Position numbers and translations under genes: made by a program
Notes under the pieces: generated by a model
Seen by the model: only the letters and a program-made list of their open reading frames with translations
Databases searched by the model: none
Told to the model about the DNA's origin: nothing
Shown: in pieces, positions 9,123 through 18,740 of the stretch
How positions within the stretch are numbered: position 1 is the stretch's first letter
Layout of the letters: each line of letters begins with the position of its first letter
From: a bacterium
GTDB taxonomy: Bacteria; Babelota; Babeliae; Babelales; CAIQNR01
Length of the DNA stretch: 59,357 nucleotides
Reading direction: 5' to 3'
NCBI GenBank assembly: GCA_947505805.1
Contig: CANNMA010000001.1
Coordinates: forward strand, 1 to 59,357

Positions 9123-9359
9123 ATCTCCAAACAAAGCTGTTTCATATACTTCCTTTATTCGTTACAAAGTGAGCGCGATTTCAGTTATTGCATTGGTAAA
9201 ACCAATACTATTGAGCGTCGGCTACAGGAACATAGATCTGGCAACTGTGATCACACTGTAGACTTAGTGCTTTGGAAACTTCTTTTTTATAGTGTATTTC
9301 ATGATAAAATTAAACCTGATGTTTTTGAACTTTATTTATTCCTGAAAATACATATTTGA
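9123..9359 (+). pseudogene. GIY-YIG (UPF0213/URI-type) nuclease-domain reading frame with no canonical start codon
   Basis: The frame is open from inside the tRNA to the TGA at 9357. It reads [73 protein letters not shown]. The pattern GIY..YIG-x-T-x4-RRL-x-EH-x-SG..E..K fits small GIY-YIG proteins. There is no ATG, GTG or TTG upstream of the domain in this frame. Confidence 0.45.
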
Positions 9360-9677
9360 TCTTTTAAAATAACAATGTCTTTGATGTTGTCTAAGGCTTA
9401 TGAAAAAAAATGCACAATAGATACATTTAGCAAAGTTTTTATGTGTTTCCTGTATATGGCTATTTCTGATTTTGGCTGTAACAAATTTTTGTTCGCAACC
9501 ATGACATCCAAAAGACATGGGTTTAACAGTCTTTGCTTTTGGATATAAGACCGGTTGGGGTGCAAGTGATACTAGAGCGTGTACAGCTTCTTGACCTTCT
9601 ATTTCATAAAAAACTTTTGCTGATTGCATAGTTAGAGTGATTGTGAGTAGTGCGGTGACGATTAAAATATTTTTCAT
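9336..9677 (-). CDS. Signal-peptide protein with a eukaryote-type C2H2 zinc finger
   Basis: 113 aa. N-terminus MKNILIVTALLTITLTMQSA. Finger 1 is FGCHGCEQKFVTAKIRNSHIQETH (C-x2-C-x12-H-x4-H with Phe at the canonical position). A second, incomplete finger is CIYCAFFFISLRQHQRH. Confidence 0.6.
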   Translation of the reverse strand: MKNILIVTALLTITLTMQSAKVFYEIEGQEAVHALVSLAPQPVLYPKAKTVKPMSFGCHGCEQKFVTAKIRNSHIQETHKNFAKCIYCAFFFISLRQHQRHCYFKRSNMYFQE

Positions 9678-9939
9678 AATAAACCTGGTTTGCAGTAATT
9701 AACGTGAACTTAATGTGGAAAAATAATCAAAAAATTGAAAATTTGGCAAAAAAATAAGGTTTCTTTTTTTAAAGAAACCACAAATAAGAAGTGCTATTTT
9801 CTGTGAAATAGATAGTTTTTGCAAGTTTTTACAAAAACTATTGGTAAGATAGTTTTATTTTTTTACGTAAACATTTTATGTATGAATCATTATTTATAAG
9901 AAGTAGTGTTATAAGTGATTGAAAAAGAAAGAAATACTT

Positions 9940-10728
9940 ATGTTAAAAAATAATTATGTCGTAATTATGAGTTTGCTGTGTTTAATTCATGTAAGTTTTG
10001 CGAGCGAAAAACGGGCGATTATTATTGGTTCTAGTTCTGGTATGGGCCGCGCAGTTACTAAGCTTCTGAGTAGTGATGGTTATGTTGTCGGTATTGCAGC
10101 TCGGAGATTACCTCTTTTGGAAGTGTTGCAAAAGGAACTTGTAGGACCTTCTTTTATTAAGCAAATGGATGTTGCTCAACCGCAAGAAGCGGTAAAGGCG
10201 CTCAAAGAGTTGATTGAAGAAATGGGTGGTCTAGATCTTTTGATTATAACGGTTACGGGTTTTAGGGAATCATCAAGCAAGGCTGTTTTTGATACAGATA
10301 TTTTAGGTTTTTATGCTTTGGCAGATGTTGGGTTTACTTTTTTTGAAAGTCAGCAGCACGGGCATTTTGTTGGTTTTTCTTCGATTGATGGGCTTAGGGG
10401 AATTGCTTTTGCTCCAGAATATTCAGCAGCAAAATCATTCTGTTCTCGCTATATGGAAGCAAAGCGAAATTATTTTATGCAAAAAAAGATTCCGATAACT
10501 GTTACTGATATTATGCCTGGTTGGATTAATAGTTTAGAAGATCCTAATTTTCTTGAAAAATATCCTCATGCGTATTGGGTTGATTCTCTTGGTGATGCTT
10601 CTCAAGATATTATGGAAGCCATTCAGAATAAACTATCCGTTGCGTATATCACAAAACGTTGGAAGCAGGTTGCAGATATCTTAAAGATAATGCCTGACGA
10701 ACTGTATAACGCATTGGGTGGGTTATAA
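9940..10728 (+). CDS. Short-chain dehydrogenase/reductase (SDR) with a hydrophobic N-terminus
   Basis: Glycine-rich nucleotide-binding turn IIIGSSSGMGRAV and catalytic YSAAKSF (YxxxK). The track start TTG at 9919 is the alternative start. Confidence 0.75.
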   Translation: MLKNNYVVIMSLLCLIHVSFASEKRAIIIGSSSGMGRAVTKLLSSDGYVVGIAARRLPLLEVLQKELVGPSFIKQMDVAQPQEAVKALKELIEEMGGLDLLIITVTGFRESSSKAVFDTDILGFYALADVGFTFFESQQHGHFVGFSSIDGLRGIAFAPEYSAAKSFCSRYMEAKRNYFMQKKIPITVTDIMPGWINSLEDPNFLEKYPHAYWVDSLGDASQDIMEAIQNKLSVAYITKRWKQVADILKIMPDELYNALGGL

Positions 10729-11018
10729 GCATTAAAAATAAATGATTCTATTATCCCACTATACCAAATTGACCTAGAACTCCATAATCAACAACTGGTT
10801 GAGCGCTTTAATACAATCCTGAACCGATTGACGCGTATGATTTTTGGCTGATACTTTGGATGTAAGTATTTGACTAGAACTCTGATGGCACAAAACTCGC
10901 TTTTATTTTTATTCAAAATGAATTTATTCCATTGGGCAGTCTTACTGTGATAGAGTTGTAAAGCAGAAGCTTCTAGTACGCATAGACTGTTAACCGTAAT
11001 CATAAAAAGGGGGATTAT

Positions 11019-11942
11019 ATGCTTAAAGGGGTAAATGGGATTTGGTGGTATGTAGGTATAGGAATTTTTTTTGGATTTCAGGATAGTTATGGGGTTCACG
11101 ATAGGCAGATTGTTTGGGATGACCCACTATTACTTGTTTATGCTAAAAAGAGATTTTCTGAAGGTATTTTTGATATCAATGGGAAATGTCTTTTAACAGA
11201 AAGTGATATCAGAAAGTCTTTTTTTGCCTGGGATCTTAATGATGTTCTTCTTAAGCCTATTTCTTTTAAAGCTTTGATGTATAAGTTTTTAAAATTTGTG
11301 TGGAGTAGAGGGTTTCTGTATACCGTTATTGTGTTTAGTGATTACTATCGAGCATTTCATATGGCAAAACAGTTGAAGCTTTCTGCTCGTGCATCGGATA
11401 AAAACGCTCTGTTATTGCATAGAGCATATCGTATTGTTGCGCGTGATGTTTTTCCAAACAATCAACAAGCGGCTGAAGATGTAGTAAGTAGGTTGGAATG
11501 GTTGTATCCAGAAATGTATCATCTTGATCACGCGGTTGCTACTATCGTTCAGGGATTGGAAAAACAGGGAATTAAAAACGTCGTTTGTACAAATATGGGT
11601 GATTCTTGGCTTTCAAAACAGATTCAGCTTTTTGAAGAAGATAAGCATGAAACAAGAAGTTTTCAAGAAATAAAAGATTATCAATGGGCAATTAGATTTT
11701 TAAAACAGGAAAAAAATTTTACTCCTTCGGTTGCCAACTATTGGATAGGTAAACCTGATTCTAAGGCATATCAACAATTGCTTGAAAATAATCCTGGGCC
11801 TTACAGATTACGTATTTTTGTAGATGATCAACCTATAAATGTTGAAGCAGCGGTTCGTAATGGTTTTGATCTAGGTATTCTCTTTAAAGATTCAGAATCA
11901 TTTCAAAAAACATTGAAAAAACTTGGTTTTTTATTTGTCTGA
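11019..11942 (+). CDS. HAD-superfamily hydrolase-like protein
   Basis: The ATG is preceded by AAAGGGGGA. Motif I-like WDLNDVLL (second Asp replaced by Asn), motif II VVCTNMG, motif III GKPDSKAY, motif IV IFVDDQPINVEAAVRNG. Confidence 0.55.
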   Translation: MLKGVNGIWWYVGIGIFFGFQDSYGVHDRQIVWDDPLLLVYAKKRFSEGIFDINGKCLLTESDIRKSFFAWDLNDVLLKPISFKALMYKFLKFVWSRGFLYTVIVFSDYYRAFHMAKQLKLSARASDKNALLLHRAYRIVARDVFPNNQQAAEDVVSRLEWLYPEMYHLDHAVATIVQGLEKQGIKNVVCTNMGDSWLSKQIQLFEEDKHETRSFQEIKDYQWAIRFLKQEKNFTPSVANYWIGKPDSKAYQQLLENNPGPYRLRIFVDDQPINVEAAVRNGFDLGILFKDSESFQKTLKKLGFLFV

Positions 11943-12180
11943 AGTTGGTTGGTTTTCATAAGTTTTCTCAACCTTTTTGTCAGATGGCGGTGTAATATAT
12001 TGTTTTTTAGATTAATGACTACTGTCATTAGCTTCTAAGGGATATTTATTTATCGAGTTGCTAGCGTATGTTTAGTTGAGCTTTAAAACTAAAAAAGGAG
12101 TTTGATACGCTTTTAAAAATACTTTTGATTGATAGACTGAGCACTATTATTCATTATTTTTGTCAAAGGTGCATGATTTT

Positions 12181-12681
12181 ATGAGTCAAGCTGTTATCGG
12201 TGTTTATATGGTTATTCTGATGCAAGAAGACCTTGCAGTGGGTACAGAGTTTTACAAAAAACTTGGTTTAAAATTGATTTTTCACATTCCTGGCAAGTGG
12301 AGTGAGCTTGAAGCTGGGGGAATAAAAATTGGACTCTGCCCATCTAAAATAGCAGCAAAAGGGGACCATTCAGAGCATGTTTTTCAAGCGACTAAAGGGA
12401 GTCATTCCGGGCTTGTTTTTCAGGTAACAGATGTTGTGGCAACGTATAAAACGTTACAAGAACAAGGTATTGTTTTCTTAAATGAGCCTACTGTTGCAAC
12501 GCACGGGATTATGGTTTCTTGTGCAGATCCAAGTGGTAATATGTTTGATTTGTATCAACCAACTCATGATAAATTAAAAAAAGCAGTGCATGGTGCCGGC
12601 CTTTGCCCTGGTGGTGCATGCGGCTCTAATCAAGACGAATCATGCTGTAAAATAGATAAAACAAGGACCGGCTGTTGTTAA
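12181..12681 (+). CDS. Glyoxalase/VOC-fold protein with a Cys-rich C-terminal tail
   Basis: VOC-like beta-alpha-beta pattern (FYKKLGLKLIFH..WSELEAGGIKIGL.., GIMVSCADPSGNMFDLYQP). The tail is CPGGACGSNQDESCCKIDKTRTGCC. ATG 12181 is preferred over TTG 12160. Confidence 0.6.
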   Translation: MSQAVIGVYMVILMQEDLAVGTEFYKKLGLKLIFHIPGKWSELEAGGIKIGLCPSKIAAKGDHSEHVFQATKGSHSGLVFQVTDVVATYKTLQEQGIVFLNEPTVATHGIMVSCADPSGNMFDLYQPTHDKLKKAVHGAGLCPGGACGSNQDESCCKIDKTRTGCC

Positions 12682-12856
12682 TCCCGTTATAACATTATTT
12701 AAGCCTGTTTTTTTAGAAAATCTTAGTGTTGTTCTATAAAAAAATTGCACTCATTTTTTTTTGCTTTATACTAGGTCTCATTATAAAAAGTATAATGGGG
12801 TGTAGGTGTGTAAGTAGCCATCTGCAAACTGTTTTAAACAGAAAGGATTTTTCACA

Positions 12857-14847
<1,991 letters not shown>

Positions 14848-14898
14848 TCTTTAATTCTGTTTAGTGCGATATGCATTAAAATAGTTTTAAAACTATAA

Positions 14899-14930
14899 AG
14901 CCTGAGTGTAAAAGCTCGGGCTTTTTTTTT
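14899..14930 (+). terminator. Intrinsic terminator after groEL
   Basis: AGCCTGAG-tgtaaaa-CTCGGGCT followed by T9. The stem has one G-U pair. Confidence 0.6.
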
Positions 14931-14974
14931 GATACTTTTGTACAAGATGTAGGTCTGCTAAAGAATGAAAAAAA
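14922..14974. repeat. Miniature palindromic relative of the 27537-27935 foldback element
   Basis: An exact 13-mer ACAAGATGTAGGT (14942-14954) equals 27554-27566. The 11-mer TGCTAAAGAAT (14956-14966) is the reverse complement of 27544-27554. The sequence is flanked by a T-run and an A-run, like the full element. Confidence 0.45.
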
Positions 14975-15038
14975 TTTGTCTTAAAGGCATTAAAACGCGG
15001 ACATCATAACCATAAGGGAAATCTGCTAAAATCTTTAA

Positions 15039-15671
15039 TCACTCACCCCGTACAGGAATAAGTTCTTTTCTACAGGAAGGGCAGTGTGAGGATGTCTCTT
15101 TAAATTGATCATAACATGTTTCATGAAGATGATGCCCACAGGTAAAATGGCTCATCTTTTCATCGCTATCTTCTTGCAGGCAAAAGCAGGGAGTTTCATA
15201 TGACTTTATTTGGTTAAGTGTTGGTCTAAAAATATTGAATCTGCTTTTTTCAAAATGATGCTGTAAGTATGTTTTTGAGAGGGCCAATTTTTCTGGAAAA
15301 TAATGGTTAAAATATGAACAGGCAACTCCTGTTATAGAACTATACAGTAGGGGACGATCTTTAGGGTCTATATCATTTAAAACAATACTTTCATAAGCTT
15401 TCATAAGACTGACATACATTATTAGGCCTCCAGAAAGAATGCATGCTTGTTTTATAGTATCTTTATAAGTTGCTCTTTCTTCTAACACTGCTTCTCGCAT
15501 TTGATCAGTTTGATCAAATAGATAAGACATCCCTTTAAAGCTAGTAATTCCAGCAACACTATGCCCAGCGATTAACCCAATAAGATAACTGGTGGGTAGT
15601 TCTGCCGAAAAAGATTGCGAATGTAGTGAACATAACAGTATGAACAAGGCTGTGAGGATATTTTTTTTCAT
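15039..15671 (-). CDS. Signal-peptide, multi-hydrophobic-segment protein with a C-terminal RING-H2-like finger (family 1)
   Basis: 210 aa. N-terminus MKKNILTALFILLCSLHSQSFSA, with Gly/Ala-rich hydrophobic segments. The C-terminal finger is C-F-C-x13-C-x-H-x2-H-x2-C-x10-C-x2-C (PCFCLQEDSDEKMSHFTCGHHLHETCYDQFKETSSHCPSC). Confidence 0.7.
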   Translation of the reverse strand: MKKNILTALFILLCSLHSQSFSAELPTSYLIGLIAGHSVAGITSFKGMSYLFDQTDQMREAVLEERATYKDTIKQACILSGGLIMYVSLMKAYESIVLNDIDPKDRPLLYSSITGVACSYFNHYFPEKLALSKTYLQHHFEKSRFNIFRPTLNQIKSYETPCFCLQEDSDEKMSHFTCGHHLHETCYDQFKETSSHCPSCRKELIPVRGE

Positions 15672-15775
15672 CTTAACTCCAAACTACTATCTAGACTAAA
15701 AAGTGATTACTATCTGATTTAAAAAAAGAAAAACAGGTTAATCGATCATTCTCATATTGAAAGTCGTTAAGTTTT

Positions 15776-16258
15776 TTAAAGATGTTTAATTTTTTCAGAT
15801 TCATCCATAACGCTTGATACATAAGTGTCTTTTTTTGTGTACCATTCATAGGCAGCTCCTGAAAGGTCCCAGAGAGCTTGTGCTGCCGCCCCTTGAAATG
15901 CATAGATAACAGCTTCATCAGCTGTTGGTACGGCTGAATGTTTTGGAGTCATGTAAAGAATCGCCATCATTCCAGTAATGGTCAAGCTGTTTAAAATAGT
16001 ATTTTTAATGATACGTTTTTCTTTTTGACTGAGTATTTTACGAGGGTCTTCTAAAAAATCTTTAGAAAACTCTGTTTCTAGAGCAAGCTTTGTAAGATTA
16101 TAAAAAGCTGCACCTACTCCTGCTTCCAGTAAGGGCCGAACAACTGTTTTTGTTAATTCGAATTGAGAGCTGAAAGGTTCTTGTTGGTCACAGCAAAAAC
16201 TGTCTGCGTTTGAAAGTAAAATAATCATACTCATGAGCATTACATTGTTTGTTTTCAT
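15776..16258 (-). CDS. Family-1 paralog lacking the RING module
   Basis: The start is trimmed to the ATG at 16258 (MKTNNVMLMSMIILLSNADSF). It has the same signal-peptide plus Gly/Ala-rich hydrophobic architecture as its two neighbours but no Cys/His finger. Confidence 0.55.
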   Translation of the reverse strand: MKTNNVMLMSMIILLSNADSFCCDQQEPFSSQFELTKTVVRPLLEAGVGAAFYNLTKLALETEFSKDFLEDPRKILSQKEKRIIKNTILNSLTITGMMAILYMTPKHSAVPTADEAVIYAFQGAAAQALWDLSGAAYEWYTKKDTYVSSVMDESEKIKHL

Positions 16259-16335
16259 GTATTTTCCCCAAATTTTAATAAATAAAAATAAAATAATGGG
16301 AAAGTATAACGTAATCAATAAAACTATCTATACAA

Positions 16336-16947
16336 TTATTCGCCTCGCACAGGGATAAGTTCTTTTCTGCACAGTGGGCAAAGCTGGCAGGTCTCTTTAA
16401 GTTGGTTGTAACAGGCTGTATGAAGATGATGTCCACAAGTAAAATGGCTGATTTTTTCATCGCTGTCTTCTTCTAAGCAAAAACAGGGAGTGTCGTACGA
16501 TTCTATCTGATCAACTGTTGGTCTAAAAATATTTAATCGACTTCTGATAAGACATTTTTTCAAAAGATTTCCAGAAATACGACTCATTGCATTTAAAGAT
16601 GCTCCTGTTACTGCTCGTATACAGTGATAGCGGTGGGTAGCCCCTTGCTCATATGACTGAGAAAGTACAGCAATTATGCCTACGAGTGCTGCGCTGTTAA
16701 CAAGAACTTTTGTAATGATATGGATATCTGATCGAGAAAACTCTTGGTTAGTTGTCAGATCGATTTCATGAGCAAGAGCATTAAGATTAAAAAGCAGAAA
16801 TCCAGTTGCAGTTTCCATCAGTGCTTGATGTGTTCCATCAAAAGCTTCTTCCAGTACTGCAACATTTTCTTGAGTTTGCTGTGCGCAAAAAATCTGCCCA
16901 TGCAGCATGAGCGTTATAAAAAAAGCCTTTATGAGATGATTTTTCAT
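16336..16947 (-). CDS. Signal-peptide, multi-hydrophobic-segment protein with a C-terminal RING-H2-like finger (family 1)
   Basis: The C-terminal ~65 aa are nearly identical to the gene at 15039-15671 (SRLNIFRPTVDQIESYDTPCFCLEEDSDEKISHFTCGHHLHTACYNQLKETCQLCPLCRKELIPVRGE). The start is set at the ATG after GGAGG. The track start is a GTG inside the SD. Confidence 0.7.
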   Translation of the reverse strand: MKNHLIKAFFITLMLHGQIFCAQQTQENVAVLEEAFDGTHQALMETATGFLLFNLNALAHEIDLTTNQEFSRSDIHIITKVLVNSAALVGIIAVLSQSYEQGATHRYHCIRAVTGASLNAMSRISGNLLKKCLIRSRLNIFRPTVDQIESYDTPCFCLEEDSDEKISHFTCGHHLHTACYNQLKETCQLCPLCRKELIPVRGE

Positions 16948-16984
16948 AGTAACCTCCACATATGAATAGTATGAATTTTCTATC

Positions 16985-18697
16985 TTAGTTGAATGATCTG
17001 CTTGTTAATTGAAGGCCTCTTTTAATGGTTTCAGTATCGATCAGGCCACCTTTAATGTTTAAAATGAAGTCACGCAGTTCTTGAGTGTCATTAATAGTTA
17101 GATCGAGTGCGTGAAGAGCTTTTCGGTACTCTTCTTTTTTTGCATAAAAAGCAGTTTGTCCTTTATCATACGCATCGTATAGGGCAAGGCTGTGTTCATT
17201 GCGACAAAGATAATTTGCTTGCCTTGCAATACCAGTAATTTTTTCAAATATTAGGACTGCTTTTCTAGAGTTATTGAGAAGTTGGAAGAACACTGCGTTA
17301 AGGATATCTGTAAAAATATTTTCATTATGATATTGAATTTCAAGATTATTATAAATTTGTGTACATGCTGTTTTTAAAAAAGTGACATTCTCTTGATTAG
17401 CCCCATTATCTTCGTTGAATAGTTCCATAGCTTTTATTATTCGATTAAAAAAATTACAATTTCTTTGAGTGAGTTTATTAGTAGGTGTAAGCCCTAAGCA
17501 GATGCGCAAAGAAGGAGCGTCTATAAGATTACATCGTTTAAAGTTGTTACTGATCATTTGCGAATAATCTTCAAATGAATACATAGAAATTTGTGTGATT
17601 AGAGTCCATGACTCTTTAAGATCAGTACCAATTTTTTCAAGTTCATCTTGACTGGGTAATTGGTATTTTTGTGCCTGCTCAAAAAGAATGCGAGTTTTAG
17701 TAAGAAGCGATGTTAGTGCCGCTTCAGTAGCGGTAACATGTTCCCATTCTTCATTATCATCATCAGTTTCTGCGCAAGCAGCGGCCATATGCCCTTTATA
17801 GCCTGTCGTTCGTTCTGGTTCTTGAGCATCAACATCAAACTGACCATGCATTGAATCATAGAGCATTGGAACGAGTACTTTTCGAGGAATTGCTGGCATA
17901 AAAGGTGCTATTGGTTGTTGTATCTGTGCTTGAACGACTGGTTCAATTGTTGGTTGAATTATTGGGGCAGGTTCAATAGCCGAAGGATGTATTGGTAAAG
18001 GAAGTGGAAGTTCTGGAGTGTCTGGATTACTGTCATCATCATCATCACTTCGAGAATCAAAAAATTCTTCAGGTTCAGGGCAAGAAGGTTGATCAATTGG
18101 GTCATTTGTAGTTGCAAGTGGGAGTGCGGGAATAGCAGGTTGTACATTAACTGGAAGTTGTGGTGCAGATTCAGCAGCTTGAATTGGTAATTGATCAGCT
18201 GCAGGTACTGGTTGTGGTTGAATAGGTTCTGGTTGTGCGGGCTCGTTATGTATTGGATTATTGTTTGGTGCAATAGGCTGTGCGTCAGCTTGTGGTTGTT
18301 CAGGGATTACATTGTTGTGGGCTGTTTTAGAAAAATAGTTATACAGTTTTGTGCTTATGAGTCCGCTCACTACAATCGGTGCTAGGATAGAAGCAGCTTT
18401 TTGTGCAGGAGTTAACGTATCACCTACCAAAGATGAAACAAGGTATGAAACAGGATATGCACAGGCAGGAGTTAAAAAGCCTATTCCAGCTGTTATACCG
18501 ACGGCTTTAAGACTACCTTTGGTAATGGTATGCGATGGATTAATTTTGCTATCTGCATAAGCAATCATCGAAGGAATTGCCATTCCTACTGCTACTACAG
18601 ATGATTCTTCTAAGAAAGGAACAGAGCTAGCAGCAGGTAGTTGAGTAGTAGTTGTCAGCATAGATCCTGTAAGTGCAATAATAAATAATTTTTTCAT
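16985..18697 (-). CDS. Family-2 hydrophobic module, then a P/Q-rich linker, then a helical C-terminal domain
   Basis: The N-terminal ~125 aa align by eye at roughly 60 percent identity with the product of 20702-21121 (KGSLKAVGITAGIGFLTPACAYPVSYLVSSLVGDTLTPAQKAASILAPIVVSGLISTKLYNYFS). This is followed by a ~150-aa Pro/Gln-rich stretch, an acidic DDDDD patch, and ~270 aa of predicted helices. Confidence 0.65.
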   Translation of the reverse strand: MKKLFIIALTGSMLTTTTQLPAASSVPFLEESSVVAVGMAIPSMIAYADSKINPSHTITKGSLKAVGITAGIGFLTPACAYPVSYLVSSLVGDTLTPAQKAASILAPIVVSGLISTKLYNYFSKTAHNNVIPEQPQADAQPIAPNNNPIHNEPAQPEPIQPQPVPAADQLPIQAAESAPQLPVNVQPAIPALPLATTNDPIDQPSCPEPEEFFDSRSDDDDDSNPDTPELPLPLPIHPSAIEPAPIIQPTIEPVVQAQIQQPIAPFMPAIPRKVLVPMLYDSMHGQFDVDAQEPERTTGYKGHMAAACAETDDDNEEWEHVTATEAALTSLLTKTRILFEQAQKYQLPSQDELEKIGTDLKESWTLITQISMYSFEDYSQMISNNFKRCNLIDAPSLRICLGLTPTNKLTQRNCNFFNRIIKAMELFNEDNGANQENVTFLKTACTQIYNNLEIQYHNENIFTDILNAVFFQLLNNSRKAVLIFEKITGIARQANYLCRNEHSLALYDAYDKGQTAFYAKKEEYRKALHALDLTINDTQELRDFILNIKGGLIDTETIKRGLQLTSRSFN

Positions 18698-18740
18698 AAT
18701 AACCTCCATGGTTTTTTATTAATTGGTAGTAGTAATGTTT

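Noticed and set aside
9760-9870. Two AT-rich hairpins (GGTTTCTT/AAGAAACC and ATAGTTTTTG/CAAAAACTAT) in the gap between the C2H2 gene and the SDR gene
   Set aside because: They are real inverted repeats, but short, AT-rich, and not followed by a consistent T-run or linked to a gene end. They are not distinguishable from chance in AT-rich intergenic DNA without comparative data.
10788-11099. 103-aa minus-strand ORF
   Set aside because: It overlaps the SD-supported start of the HAD-like gene, I see no recognisable motif or SD, and its composition looks like AT-rich noise.
12741-12775. Possible CIRCE (HrcA) operator or heat-shock promoter upstream of groES
   Set aside because: Only a half-site-like TTGCACTC is present and no inverted GAGTGCTAA partner. 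A TTGCAC-N16-TATACT sigma-70-like pair exists but is too weak to report as a feature.
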